From positions 34,641 to 98,640 of the forward strand of contig JBEQUE010000231.1 of NCBI GenBank assembly GCA_040349255.1: a stretch of DNA of 64,000 bases. Direction: 5' to 3'. Numbering within the stretch: the first letter of the stretch is position 1; each line of letters opens with the position of its first letter. The DNA is from Acidobacteriota bacterium. Its GTDB lineage: Bacteria; Acidobacteriota; Thermoanaerobaculia; Multivoradales; UBA5704. The notes beneath the pieces were generated by a model. That model saw only the letters and a list, made by a program, of their open reading frames with translations. It did not search any database and was not told the DNA's origin. Below, piece after piece: positions 15,367 to 25,928 of the stretch. The translations under genes and the position numbers were made by a program.

Positions 15367-18300
15367 GCCGGACGAGCCGGAGGCTCCGGAGCGGCGCAAG
15401 GACGGGGACCGCCGGAGGCGGTCTGAAAAGCGCGGGCCCGATCAGGAGCGCCGCCGGGAGGAGCGCCGCCGGCCCGGCCGGGTGCGGCGCTGGGTGGTCC
15501 GGCCGGCGGTCTGGGGCCTCCTCTTCCTGGTCCTCCTGGCCGCCGCGGCCTGGGTCTTCCTGGAGAGCGCCTACGCCCACCGGCGCGCCGTCAGCCTGGT
15601 CATCGCCCGCGCCCAGGAGCTGCTCAACCGGAAGATCGAGGTCGGCTCGGTCGACTACAACTTCGCCCTCCTCGCCTTCGAGCTGCACGACGTGGTGGTC
15701 CACGGGCCGCGGCCGGGCGACCCGGCGTTCGCCACGGTGCCGCTGGTACGGGTGGAGTTCTCCTGGCGCGACCTCCGCCAGCGCATCCTCCGCCTGGAGC
15801 AGATCGAGATCGTCCGCCCGCGGGTCTACCTGCGGTTCAACCCGGACGGCACGAACAACCTGCCGGAGCTGCGCACGCGCAAGGGGGCGAAGCGGCGCTT
15901 CGAGGTCCAGATCGGCCGCATCCTGGTCCAGGACGGCGTGCTCGACCTGGACGAGCACCGCCTGCCCCTGAATCTCGACGCCAAGGCCGTCTGGGGCCGG
16001 GCGACCGGGTCGGCCGAGCGCGGCGGCGAGGGGCCGGGCCGCATCGACGCCATGGTCACCGCCCAGGAGGTGGTCACCACGCTGCCGCACGCGAAGCCCT
16101 ACAAGTACACCGCTTCGGCCAAGGGGAGCTTCGTGCCGGGCCGCATCCAGTTCACGGCGCTGCGCATCGCCGGCCCCGATCTCAAGGCGCAGGCCACCGG
16201 CTCCTACGAGTGGAAGGGCAAGGATCGTCGGCTCGGCCTGGAGGTCACCGCCAACGGCTGGGCCCAGCTCGCCAACCGCCTGGGCTACGCCGAGCTGCCG
16301 CTCCAGGGTCCGGTCGATTTCCGCGGCCGGATCGACCGCGCCGGCGAGACCCTGAGCTACTCGGGCACCGTGCGCTCGCCCCGCTTCACGGCTCTCGGCC
16401 GCGTCTTCCAGGACATCGAGGCCGGGCTCGTGGGCGGCCGCGACGGCCTGGAGCTGGACGTCGAGCGCTCCGTCTACGCCGGCGGCACGGTCGAAGGGCT
16501 GATCTCGGTCGATTACGGGAACAAGGCCGACACGAAGGGCGAGGGCCGGCCCGTGGACCTCGATCTGTCGCTCGGGAAGCTCGACTTCCGGAAGGTGATC
16601 GCCGATCAGTTCGGCGAGGGCCTGCCGGTGGTGAGCGACCTGTCCGGGAGGGTCAGCGGCGACCTGGTCTACCACTTCGAGGCGGGCGATCCGATCGCCG
16701 GCAGCGGCTACGCCGAGGTCCACCTGGACGCGGTCCACCGGCTGAACCGGCTGCCGATCTCGGGCGACGCCTCGGTGGCCATCGAGCACGGCGTGCTGGC
16801 GAGCGACAACATCCGCCTGACCGCCCCGGCCCAGAGCGTGCGGGGCACCAACTTCCTGTTCGACATGGAGCGCGGCGCCGGGCACTTCGACTTCCAGCTC
16901 GCCTCGCGCGACGTGGGGCCGCTCGCGCCGCTCCTGCGCGGCGAGGTCAAACCCGGCGAGGAGCCGGCTTTCTGGGTGCCCGACCAGGGGTGGGGCGAGG
17001 CGGCCGGGACGGTCGCGATCGAGAACAAGCGCTTCGACGCCTCGATCCGGCTCAACCTCAACGAGGTGGCGAGCCCGGTGGTCACGGCGGACAACGTCCA
17101 TGGGACCCTCCGCTATGTCTCGGCGAGGCCCGCCGCGGTCGAGGACCTGCGGCTCGAGGCCACGGCCGACGACGGCGCGCTGATCATCACCGGCCGCGTG
17201 CCTCTCGAAGAGGAGGGCCGGCCGGCGCCCGGACCGCTGGCGCTGTCGGTGGACGCCCACCAGTGGCCGTCGCCGGGCATCGTCGCCTTCCTGGCCCCCG
17301 CGCTCAAGGACGCCGGGATCGACGGCAGGGTCTCCGGCCGTCTCGATCTCAGCGGCACGCCGGACAACCTGACCGGCCGTACTGACATCGAGATGATGGA
17401 TCTCCGGATCGCCGGGGTCGACCTCGGCCGGCTGCAGTCCGGCATCTCCTTCCAGGGCAGCCGAGTGATGATCGACCACGCGGTCGGGCAGACGCCGGCC
17501 GGCACCGTGCTCGTCTCGGGCAGCTTCGACACCGAGTCGAAGGCGCTCGACCTGACGGTCGACGCGCCGGAGCTCTCGCTGGCCGCGCAGCCGTTCCGCG
17601 ATCTCCTGGGTGATCTCGATGTCACGGGACAGGCCGCGGTGGCGGCGACGATCGGCGGCACGCTCGACAAGCCCTCCGGCACCGCCAGCGTGCGCGGCAC
17701 CCGGCTCGCGGTGGCCGGCCGTCCGCTCGGCCAGGCCGGGGAGGCCCAGGCCGGCGCGGCCTGGGACGGCGAGACCCTCACCGCCTCCGGCTCGTTGCTC
17801 GGCCTGGCCACCTTCGAGGGCGGCGGCCGGCTCACTACGGAGAACGCCGACCTGAAGTTCGACCTGCGAAGCGACAGCCTGGGTGAGCTGGCCGGGATCG
17901 CCGCGCCGCAGCCGCTGCCCGGGCTCACCGGGTCGCTCTCCGGCTCCGTCGGCCTGGTCTCCGACTTCGGCGCCGGGACCTGGCGCGCCGAGCTGGCGCT
18001 GTCCGACCTCCGCGCCCAGTACCAGGGCCATTCCATCGCCAACCGCGAGCCCGTCGTCGTCGAGCTGACGCCGGGCCGCGTGGAGCTGCGCTCGCTCTAC
18101 CTCGGCGAGCCCGGCACCGAAAACGAGCTCTTCGCCACGGGGACCATCGGGCTGGGCGCTAAACCGGGCGATACTTCGCCGCTCGACCTGCGCGTGCAGA
18201 GCACCCTCTCCGCGGCCTGGGCCGAGCTCGCGCTGCCGCCCGGCTTCGACGTCGACGGCTCGGTGGACGTGCTCGCGGTGGTGCGCGGCACGGTCTCCGA

Positions 18301-19495
18301 CCCGCGCGTCGACGGCCAGGGGGTGATCCGCGGCGCCCGGTTCCTGGTGCCCGAGCTCTCCAACGCCTTCGAGAACGTGCAGGGCGTGGTCCTCTTCAAC
18401 CGGGATGCCGTGGTGCTCGACAACCTGCGCGCCGACCTGGGGGAGGGCACGGTGCGCGCCACTGGCAGCATCGACCTGCCGGGGCCGGACCGGCCCGACG
18501 TCACCTACCGACTCCAGGTGGCGGCCGAGGGCGTGAGCCTGCGCTACCCCGAGCCCTTCATCCTGCGCGGCGACGCCGACCTCTCGCTGGTCGCCAGCAG
18601 CCAGTCGCGGCAGATCCGCGGCGAGGTGCGGCTCGACCGGGCCTACTTCCTCCAGGACATCCAGACCGAGACCCTCCAGATCCTCCTCCAGGCCCTGCAG
18701 CGCGAGCGCCTGGAGGTGGCCGAGACCGACGAGCTCCTCGCCAACACCCAGCTCAGCGTCCGCATCCTCGGCCCGAACGCCCTGCGGGTGCGCAACAACG
18801 TGGCCGACCTGCGCGGCAAGATCGATCTCGACCTGCGGGGCACCCTGGCGGCGCCGGTCGTCTTCGGCACGGTCGAGGCCTTCCCCGGCGGCAAGCTGGT
18901 CTACTCCGACAACGACTACGAGGTCGAGCGCTTCCTGCTCACCTTCAACAACCTGAACCGGATCGACCCGACCATCGATCTGGTGGCGCGGACCGAGGTG
19001 CGGAACTACGACATCACGCTCAACCTCTCCGGCACGCTCGACCGGCTGAACACCCAGTTCACGTCCGACGAGGGGCTGGCCGACCTGGAGGTCCTCGCCC
19101 TGCTCTTCGGCGGCGAGGAGCTGAGCTCGCAGCAGGTTCTGCCGCGGGCGCCCGGCGAGCGGTCGCAGGAGCAGGACGTGGGCGCCCAGAGCTTCCTCGC
19201 CGGCCAGGCCGCCTCCCTGGTCAGCAAGCGGGTCAACACCCTGTTCGGGTTCGACCGCTTCCGCATCGACCCGCAGACCAACGAGACCGGCGGCTCCCTG
19301 GGCGGCGTCCGGCTCACCGCCGGCAAGAGGATCTCGCGCGACGTCTTCGTGACCTACTCCACGAACCCGGCGTCGTCCGAGGAGTACATCCTGCGCATCG
19401 AGTGGCAGGTGGCGCGCAACGTCGTCCTGGTCTTCACGCGCAACGGCAAGGACGACACCTACGCCGTGGACGCCGAGTGGGAGAAACGGTATTGA
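15359..19495 (+). CDS. tamB: TamB/AsmA-family translocation and assembly module protein
   Basis: 1378 aa; single N-terminal TM after a basic tail; repetitive beta structure; DUF490-like C-terminus (GKRISRDVFVTYS). Confidence 0.8.
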   Translation: MSEPDEPEAPERRKDGDRRRRSEKRGPDQERRREERRRPGRVRRWVVRPAVWGLLFLVLLAAAAWVFLESAYAHRRAVSLVIARAQELLNRKIEVGSVDYNFALLAFELHDVVVHGPRPGDPAFATVPLVRVEFSWRDLRQRILRLEQIEIVRPRVYLRFNPDGTNNLPELRTRKGAKRRFEVQIGRILVQDGVLDLDEHRLPLNLDAKAVWGRATGSAERGGEGPGRIDAMVTAQEVVTTLPHAKPYKYTASAKGSFVPGRIQFTALRIAGPDLKAQATGSYEWKGKDRRLGLEVTANGWAQLANRLGYAELPLQGPVDFRGRIDRAGETLSYSGTVRSPRFTALGRVFQDIEAGLVGGRDGLELDVERSVYAGGTVEGLISVDYGNKADTKGEGRPVDLDLSLGKLDFRKVIADQFGEGLPVVSDLSGRVSGDLVYHFEAGDPIAGSGYAEVHLDAVHRLNRLPISGDASVAIEHGVLASDNIRLTAPAQSVRGTNFLFDMERGAGHFDFQLASRDVGPLAPLLRGEVKPGEEPAFWVPDQGWGEAAGTVAIENKRFDASIRLNLNEVASPVVTADNVHGTLRYVSARPAAVEDLRLEATADDGALIITGRVPLEEEGRPAPGPLALSVDAHQWPSPGIVAFLAPALKDAGIDGRVSGRLDLSGTPDNLTGRTDIEMMDLRIAGVDLGRLQSGISFQGSRVMIDHAVGQTPAGTVLVSGSFDTESKALDLTVDAPELSLAAQPFRDLLGDLDVTGQAAVAATIGGTLDKPSGTASVRGTRLAVAGRPLGQAGEAQAGAAWDGETLTASGSLLGLATFEGGGRLTTENADLKFDLRSDSLGELAGIAAPQPLPGLTGSLSGSVGLVSDFGAGTWRAELALSDLRAQYQGHSIANREPVVVELTPGRVELRSLYLGEPGTENELFATGTIGLGAKPGDTSPLDLRVQSTLSAAWAELALPPGFDVDGSVDVLAVVRGTVSDPRVDGQGVIRGARFLVPELSNAFENVQGVVLFNRDAVVLDNLRADLGEGTVRATGSIDLPGPDRPDVTYRLQVAAEGVSLRYPEPFILRGDADLSLVASSQSRQIRGEVRLDRAYFLQDIQTETLQILLQALQRERLEVAETDELLANTQLSVRILGPNALRVRNNVADLRGKIDLDLRGTLAAPVVFGTVEAFPGGKLVYSDNDYEVERFLLTFNNLNRIDPTIDLVARTEVRNYDITLNLSGTLDRLNTQFTSDEGLADLEVLALLFGGEELSSQQVLPRAPGERSQEQDVGAQSFLAGQAASLVSKRVNTLFGFDRFRIDPQTNETGGSLGGVRLTAGKRISRDVFVTYSTNPASSEEYILRIEWQVARNVVLVFTRNGKDDTYAVDAEWEKRY

Positions 19496-22353
19496 GGCCT
19501 GCGGCGCTCATCCTCCTGGCGGCCCTGGCGGCGCTGCCCCTCCAGGCCCAGGAACCACCTGCGGCTCCCGAGGAGATTCTGCCGATCGGGCCGACCGTCA
19601 ACGCGATCGAGATCCGCAGCGAGGTCCGGCCGGACGACTCCGAGGAGCTGGAGCGCCTGCTCAGCTTCCAGGTCGGCGAGCCGCTCACCGACGAGGCGGT
19701 CGAGAGCACCCTGCGCAACCTCCAGGCGAGCGGCTACGCCTCCTCGGTCGAGGTCTACGTCCGGCCCGACGACCGGCCGGGCCAGGTCGGCAACGGGATC
19801 GTCGTCCTCGTCGTGCTGCGGCCGGTGGTGCGCGTGCGCGAGGTCCGGATCGAGGGCGACCTCGGGCTCGACCGCGCCGAGCTGCGCCGCGTCCTGCCCC
19901 AGAACGAGGCCGAGCCGCTGAGCGAGGAGAGCGTCATCAACGGCGTCTACCGGCTGCTCGACCTTTACTCCGACCGCGGCTGGCTCGGCGCCACCGTCCG
20001 CGTCCGGGTCGACACCGATCCGCAGAGCGACCTCGCCACGGTGGTCTACGACGTGCGCAGCGGCGTCCGTTCCAGGGTCGGGGAGGTGCGGTTCGACGGC
20101 GGCCTCGGACCGTTCAAGCCGGCGGACCTCGTCCGGCAGCTCGACCAGAGGCCCGGCGAGGCCTTCTCCCGGCCCGGCGCCCGCGACGACGCCGAGGACC
20201 TGGAGCGCTGGCTGGTGCGCCAGGACTACCGGACGGCCCGCGTCGGAGCCCCGGGCGAGCTGGCCGATCCGGAGACCCACACGGTCGGCCTCGTCTTCCC
20301 GGTGACCGTGGGGCCCAAGGTGGTCGTGGAGGTCCGGGGAGACGACATCGACCGGCTGCGCCGGAAGGAGCTGCTGCCGTTCCTGGGACCGGAGGGCTAC
20401 GATGAGGCCCTGGTCATCCAGGCCGTCGAACGCATCAAGCGCGCCTGGCAGGAGGACGGCCACTACCGGGTCCAGGTGAGCTACGACGAGCAGCGCACGG
20501 ACGACCTCCTGCGCGTGGTCCTGCGCATCGTGCCGGGCCCCGAGTACATCCTCCGGAGCGTCAGCTTCGCCGGCAACCAGACCTTTCCCGACGAGAAGCT
20601 CGACGAGCTGGTGAAGACCGCGCCGCGGAGCCTGCTCGCCCTCGGCAGCGGCCGGCTGGTGGACGAGGACCTCGACGGCGACGTCAAGAACCTGCGCCGC
20701 TTCTACCAGCTCCAGGGCTTCAGCCAGGTCGAGGTCGGCCCGCCGCAGGTCGAGGAGGTGGGCGGCGACCTCGAGCTGACCCTCCCGATCCGGGAAGGGC
20801 CGCGCATGCGGGTGGTGAACCTGAAGCTCCAGGGCCTCGACGACCTGGACGGCGACGCGGTGCGCGCGGCCCTCCAGCTCCAGGAGGGCGGGCCTTTCCA
20901 TCCCTATCTCCTGGAGCAGAGCCTGGAGAACCTGCGCGCCACCTTCCGCGACCAGGGCTACTCCGCGGCCCAGGTCTCGGCCGAGCAGGACTGGAACCCG
21001 GACCACACCCTGGTCGACGTGACCGTCGAGGCGCTGGCCGGCACGCAGACCGTGCTCGACCGGGTGATCGTGCGCGGCAATCGGAGGACGCTGAGCGACG
21101 TCATCCGGCGCACCATGGGAGCCGATCCGGGCGAGCCGATCAGCGAGCGCCGCGCGCTGGAGATCGAGCGCGACCTCTACCGCCTGGGGATCTTCTCCAG
21201 CGTGGACGTGGAGCTGACGCGGGCGGGCCTGGAGGAGTCGACCCGCGACCTGATCGTGCGGGTGGAGGAGGGCCGGCCGCGGCGGGTGAGCTACGGCCTG
21301 GGCTTCGAGTACTCCTCCGACGAGGCGCAGGGCCGCAAGTGGGTGCCGCGGGGAAGCCTGAGCTTCAGCCACAACAACGTGGCCGGCCGGGCCTACAGCC
21401 TGCGCAGCGACCTGCGGCTCAGCACCCAGGACCAGATCGTCCGCCTGCGCTTCGACCAGCCCTACACCGCGCACTGGGCGCTGCCGGTGACCTACTCTCT
21501 CTTCTACTTCAACGAGGACAAGGAGAGCTGGGACGTGAGCCGCTGGGGAGGCCGGATCGAGACCGCGAAGATCTACCCGGACCGCCGCGTCGGCCTCGCC
21601 CTCGACTACCGGATCGTGGACACCGATTTCGATCCGGACTTCCCGGAGCGCGGAGTGGACCGCGAGGACCGCCCGTACAAGCTGCTGGACCTGGTGCCGA
21701 GCTTCCTCTGGGACCGGCGCAACGACCCGGTGGTGGCGACGCGCGGCTGGTCCTCGCTCGCCCAGCTCCAGTACTCGATCCCGGCCCTCGGCACCGACGG
21801 CGATTTCCTGAAGCTCTTCCTCCAGCAGACCCAGTACTTCGACCTGAGGACCTACGGCACCGTGGCCATGAGCCTCCGGGCCGGCGGCATCGAGCCCTTC
21901 AGCCACCTGATCCGGGACGACCCCGAGCTGCCGGAGGCCCTGCCGAATTCGGACATCTTCATCGACGAGCGCTTCTTCGCGGGCGGCGCCACGACCCACC
22001 GCGCCTACGGCCGCGACGACCTCGGCCTCCGCGGCGAGACCCTGATCCCCAACCTGAACGACCCGGACACCTTCGCCTCGGTCGGCGGCAACGGCCTCCT
22101 GCTCTACAACCTGGAGTACCGGTTCCCGATCTTCGGCTCGCAGACCTTCGGCGGCACCGTGTTCTACGACGCCGGCAACGTCTGGGCCGACTGGCGCGAC
22201 ATCGATCCGGGCAAGGCGAAACAGGGGGCCGGCGTCGGCCTGCGCTACCTCTCGCCCATCGGCCCCCTGCGGGTGGACATCGGCTGGAAGCTCGACCGCG
22301 AACGGGGGGAGGACCCCTACGCGGTGACCGTGTCGTTCGGCAACCCGTTCTAG
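19492..22353 (+). CDS. Omp85-family (TamA/BamA-like) outer membrane protein with multiple POTRA domains
   Basis: Signal peptide; POTRA repeats; FAGGATTHRAY lid-loop; GLRYLSPIGPLRVD; terminal F; TTG start at 19492. Confidence 0.85.
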   Translation: MRPAALILLAALAALPLQAQEPPAAPEEILPIGPTVNAIEIRSEVRPDDSEELERLLSFQVGEPLTDEAVESTLRNLQASGYASSVEVYVRPDDRPGQVGNGIVVLVVLRPVVRVREVRIEGDLGLDRAELRRVLPQNEAEPLSEESVINGVYRLLDLYSDRGWLGATVRVRVDTDPQSDLATVVYDVRSGVRSRVGEVRFDGGLGPFKPADLVRQLDQRPGEAFSRPGARDDAEDLERWLVRQDYRTARVGAPGELADPETHTVGLVFPVTVGPKVVVEVRGDDIDRLRRKELLPFLGPEGYDEALVIQAVERIKRAWQEDGHYRVQVSYDEQRTDDLLRVVLRIVPGPEYILRSVSFAGNQTFPDEKLDELVKTAPRSLLALGSGRLVDEDLDGDVKNLRRFYQLQGFSQVEVGPPQVEEVGGDLELTLPIREGPRMRVVNLKLQGLDDLDGDAVRAALQLQEGGPFHPYLLEQSLENLRATFRDQGYSAAQVSAEQDWNPDHTLVDVTVEALAGTQTVLDRVIVRGNRRTLSDVIRRTMGADPGEPISERRALEIERDLYRLGIFSSVDVELTRAGLEESTRDLIVRVEEGRPRRVSYGLGFEYSSDEAQGRKWVPRGSLSFSHNNVAGRAYSLRSDLRLSTQDQIVRLRFDQPYTAHWALPVTYSLFYFNEDKESWDVSRWGGRIETAKIYPDRRVGLALDYRIVDTDFDPDFPERGVDREDRPYKLLDLVPSFLWDRRNDPVVATRGWSSLAQLQYSIPALGTDGDFLKLFLQQTQYFDLRTYGTVAMSLRAGGIEPFSHLIRDDPELPEALPNSDIFIDERFFAGGATTHRAYGRDDLGLRGETLIPNLNDPDTFASVGGNGLLLYNLEYRFPIFGSQTFGGTVFYDAGNVWADWRDIDPGKAKQGAGVGLRYLSPIGPLRVDIGWKLDRERGEDPYAVTVSFGNPF

Positions 22354-22809
22354 TCAGGAGTACGGGCACGAGTTCGGGACATAGGAGCAGTTGGCGCCGT
22401 AGTCGTCGATGAAAAACACGTCCGTGCTCGTCGAGGTCGTCGAGTCGCAGTGCGTGGTGGTCGTGACGGCGGTGACCTTCACCACCATGACCGTTTCCAG
22501 GCAGAGATAATTGTAGTGGCAGCTTCCGCCGCCGGTGTAGGAAGGCCCCTCCCAGTCCTGATACGAAAAGCTCGTCGACTCGCTGTAGGGCTCGACACAG
22601 ATCATGGGGCAGAAACCGACGCACTGGTTGTAGTCGTTCTGGCAGCGGTCGCAGTCGCCGTAATTCGCGCACCCCAGATCGTTGCTCATACAACTGCTGA
22701 GGTTGTCGGAACACTGCTGAAGACATTCGGGATCGAACTGCATTCCGGCGAAGAGCCGGGGAGCGAGGAGAAAAGCGCCGCAGAGAACCAACAGCGGGAT
22801 TCGCTTCAT
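22354..22809 (-). CDS. Small secreted cysteine-rich protein (151 aa)
   Basis: AAGGAG RBS; signal peptide [21 protein letters not shown]; 14 Cys in the mature part. Confidence 0.75.
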   Translation of the reverse strand: MKRIPLLVLCGAFLLAPRLFAGMQFDPECLQQCSDNLSSCMSNDLGCANYGDCDRCQNDYNQCVGFCPMICVEPYSESTSFSYQDWEGPSYTGGGSCHYNYLCLETVMVVKVTAVTTTTHCDSTTSTSTDVFFIDDYGANCSYVPNSCPYS

Positions 22810-22925
22810 TGTGATCTCCTTGTGCGGAGCGCCGACCGGGGATGTCCGGGCGGCTCCTGTAGGTAAAGGTGCGGCGGGCGGGATCCGCGAGCCGGGCTCT
22901 CCCGGCGACGGCTCCGCGGTCCACG

Positions 22926-22955
22926 TTGACCCGGCGGGGGTCGAATGACTACACT
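22926..22955 (+). promoter_or_regulatory. Sigma70-type promoter for ribBA
   Basis: TTGACC-N18-TACACT. Confidence 0.5.
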
Positions 22956-23035
22956 CCGGCGGGAGCGCTTGCGTCCCAAGGCATTCTGTCCACCGAGCCG
23001 CCAGGCCGGCTCTGCGAGAAGGTTTTCCAGTCATC

Positions 23036-24250
23036 ATGCAAACCCAGAACGTCTTCGCCCCCATCGAGGAGGCGATCGAGCAATTCCGCCAGGGCCGGAT
23101 GGTCATCATCGTCGACGACGAGGACCGCGAGAACGAGGGCGACCTGGCCATCGCCGCCGAGAAGGTCACCCCGGCGGCGGTCAACTTCATGGCCCGGTTC
23201 GGGCGCGGCCTGATCTGCCTCGCCATGACCGAGGAGCGCTGCCGGCAGCTCGAGCTGCCGCTGATGGTCGAGGACAACACCTCGCCCTTCGGCACCGCCT
23301 TCACGGTCTCGATCGAGGCCCGCGGCAAGATCACCACCGGCATCTCCGCCGCCGACCGCGCCGCCACGATCCTGACCGCCATCGATCCCGCCACCCGGCC
23401 CGAGGACCTCCTGCGGCCCGGCCATGTCTTCCCGCTCCGCGCCAGGAAGGGCGGCGTGCTCAAGCGCTGCGGCCAGACCGAGGCCTCCGTGGACCTCGCC
23501 GCGCTCGCCGGGCTGCGGCCCGCGGGCGTCATCTGCGAGATCATGAACGACGACGGCACCATGGCCCGGGTGCCCGACCTGACCAAGTTCGCCCGCGAGC
23601 ACGGCCTCCTGATGATCACGGTCTCCGACCTGATCGGCTACCGGCTCCAGCACGAGACCCTGGTGCGCAAGGTGGCCTCGCCGCGCCTGCCCACGAGCTT
23701 CGGCGAGTTCCAGATCCACGCCTACTTCTCGGACGTCACCGGCGACGAGAACGTGGCGCTGGTCATGGGCGACATCGATCCCGAGATCCCGACGCTCGTC
23801 CGCGTTCACAGCCAGTGCCTGACCGGCGACGTGTTCGGGTCGGCCCGCTGCGACTGCGGCGTCCAGCTCGAGCGCGCCCTGGAGAAGATCGCGGAGGAGG
23901 GCAAGGGCGTCCTCCTCTACCTGCTCCAGGAGGGCCGCGGCATCGGCCTGATGAACAAGCTCCGCGCCTATGAGCTGCAGGACCAGGGGCACGACACCGT
24001 CGAGGCCAACGAGCGCCTCGGCTTCCGGCCCGACCACCGGGACTACGGCGTCGGCGCGCAGATCCTGCGCGACCTCGGCGTCCGCCAGATGCGCCTGATG
24101 ACGAACAACCCCCACAAGTACATCGCGCTGAACGGCTACGGCCTGGAGATCGTCGAGCGCGTGCCGCTGGAGATTCCGCCCACCGAGAGCAGCCGCGACT
24201 ATCTGCGGACCAAGCGCGACAAGCTCGGTCACATCCTCAAGCTGGTGTGA
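23036..24250 (+). CDS. ribBA: Bifunctional DHBP synthase / GTP cyclohydrolase II
   Basis: [39 protein letters not shown] and QEGRGIGL motifs. Confidence 0.97.
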   Translation: MQTQNVFAPIEEAIEQFRQGRMVIIVDDEDRENEGDLAIAAEKVTPAAVNFMARFGRGLICLAMTEERCRQLELPLMVEDNTSPFGTAFTVSIEARGKITTGISAADRAATILTAIDPATRPEDLLRPGHVFPLRARKGGVLKRCGQTEASVDLAALAGLRPAGVICEIMNDDGTMARVPDLTKFAREHGLLMITVSDLIGYRLQHETLVRKVASPRLPTSFGEFQIHAYFSDVTGDENVALVMGDIDPEIPTLVRVHSQCLTGDVFGSARCDCGVQLERALEKIAEEGKGVLLYLLQEGRGIGLMNKLRAYELQDQGHDTVEANERLGFRPDHRDYGVGAQILRDLGVRQMRLMTNNPHKYIALNGYGLEIVERVPLEIPPTESSRDYLRTKRDKLGHILKLV

Positions 24251-24269
24251 GGCTGATCCCGATACGGCC

Positions 24270-25511
24270 TTGAAGATCCTCCTCGTCACCTCGCGCTACC
24301 CCTGGCCTCCGCGGCGCGGCGACCAGATGCGCGCGATCCAGATGCTCGACTTCCTGACCGCCGGGCACGAGGTGACGCTCCTCACGCCGGCGCCGGGACC
24401 CGGGCAGCCGCCTCCGCCGGGCGACACGGCGTACCGCGTCGAGCTCTATCGGCCGCAGCGGGGCCTCGCCTCGGTCTACGGCATGGGCCGGGTGGTCCTC
24501 CGGAACCTGCCGCTCCAGAGCGGCCTCTTCTACCAGCCCGACCTGGGCCGCAAGCTGCGCGAGCTGGCGCCGCAGCACGACCTCGGCATCCTGCAGCTCG
24601 TGCGCCTCGCCGTGCACCTGGAGGACTTCGGCGCCACGCCGCTCCTCGTGGACCTGATCGACAGCCTGTCGCTCAACTTCTCCCTTCGCGCCGAGGTGGA
24701 CCGGGTCTGGCTGCGGCCCCTGCTCAAGACAGAGGCGCGGCTGCTGGCCCTGGGCGAGCGCCGGCTGGCCGAGCGCGCGGCCGGGGTGATCGTGGTCTGC
24801 GAGCGCGACCGCCAGGCGCTGGTCAACCGGCTCACGCCGGAGCTGGCGGCGAGGGTCTCGGTGGTCCGCCTCGCGGTGCGCGAGCGCAAGGTCGAGCCGC
24901 CGGAGGAGCGCGAGAAGCTCTGGCGCGAGGGGGACAAGGGTCCGGTCCTGGTGATGACCGGCAACCTCGGCTACTTCGTGAACGTGGACGCGGTGACCTG
25001 GTGGCTGCGCGAGGTCTGGCCCTCGCTGCGCCGGGTGCGTCCGGACATCCGGGTGGTGGTGGCGGGGGAGCGGCCGGCGGCGGCCGTACGCCGGGAGATC
25101 GCGCGCGCCGGAGTGAAGCTGATCGAGTCGCCCCGGGACATGCGCTCGATCATCGCCCAGGCGACCCTCTCGCTGGCGCCGATGCGCTGCGGCTCGGGCG
25201 TGCCGATCAAGGTGCTGGAGGCTTGGTCGGTGGGCGTGCCGGTCGTGGCGACTCCCTGGGCCGTGGCCGGCACCTCGGGCCGACAGGGCGAGGACTTCCG
25301 GCTGGTCGGAACGCATCCGATCGAGTGGGTGCACGCCATCGAGGAGCTGCTGGGCGACCCGGTGGCCCGCCAGCGCCTCGCGGAGAGCGGCCGTCGCCGG
25401 TTGGAGGCCGACTATTCGCGCGAGACGGTGCGCCGGCAGCTCCTGACGGCCGTCGAATCGATCGTCCCCGCTCCCGCGAAGGTCGTAGAGACGGCCCAGT
25501 CCGTCCTCTGA
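24270..25511 (+). CDS. GT4 glycosyltransferase
   Basis: SRYPWPPRRGD N-terminus and GSGVPIKVLEAW; paralogous to the 39268 gene. Confidence 0.85.
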   Translation: MKILLVTSRYPWPPRRGDQMRAIQMLDFLTAGHEVTLLTPAPGPGQPPPPGDTAYRVELYRPQRGLASVYGMGRVVLRNLPLQSGLFYQPDLGRKLRELAPQHDLGILQLVRLAVHLEDFGATPLLVDLIDSLSLNFSLRAEVDRVWLRPLLKTEARLLALGERRLAERAAGVIVVCERDRQALVNRLTPELAARVSVVRLAVRERKVEPPEEREKLWREGDKGPVLVMTGNLGYFVNVDAVTWWLREVWPSLRRVRPDIRVVVAGERPAAAVRREIARAGVKLIESPRDMRSIIAQATLSLAPMRCGSGVPIKVLEAWSVGVPVVATPWAVAGTSGRQGEDFRLVGTHPIEWVHAIEELLGDPVARQRLAESGRRRLEADYSRETVRRQLLTAVESIVPAPAKVVETAQSVL

Positions 25512-25636
25512 AACCTCGCCGAGTTCCGAAACCCCGGGCCGTCTCCCGCCTCAGTCACCTCGGACTTCCCTTCTTGCTTTTTACCGCAAAGTGCTTTACC
25601 GTCGCTTTGGATGACCTCCGCGAAAGGAGCCGAGCC

Positions 25637-25915
25637 GTGCTGAAGCGTCCCAGCGCGTTCCTCCCCGTCCTGATGTCCCTCGGTGCCCTGGCCGTCGTGC
25701 TGGCCTATCTCGCCTTGAACGGACCCGCCCCGCAGGCGGACGAGGGCGCGGCGGCCCACCTCTGGCAGCTCCTGATGGCTGCGCAGGCCCCGATCGTCCT
25801 GTTCTTCGCGGTCAAATGGCTGCCGCGGTCGCCGAGACAGGCCATGTCCATCCTGGGCCTGCAGGTCGCCGCCGCCCTGGTCGCGATGGCGCCGGTGTTC
25901 CTGCTCCACTGGTAG
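25637..25915 (+). CDS. Small hypothetical membrane protein (92 aa)
   Basis: AAAGGAG RBS then GTG; three hydrophobic segments; DEGAAAHLWQLLM. Confidence 0.7.
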   Translation: MLKRPSAFLPVLMSLGALAVVLAYLALNGPAPQADEGAAAHLWQLLMAAQAPIVLFFAVKWLPRSPRQAMSILGLQVAAALVAMAPVFLLHW

Positions 25916-25928
25916 GGCGGCCCCGGCC

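Noticed and set aside
22810-23035. FMN riboswitch upstream of ribBA
   Set aside because: No RFN consensus blocks recognised, and the predicted promoter leaves only a ~75-nt leader.
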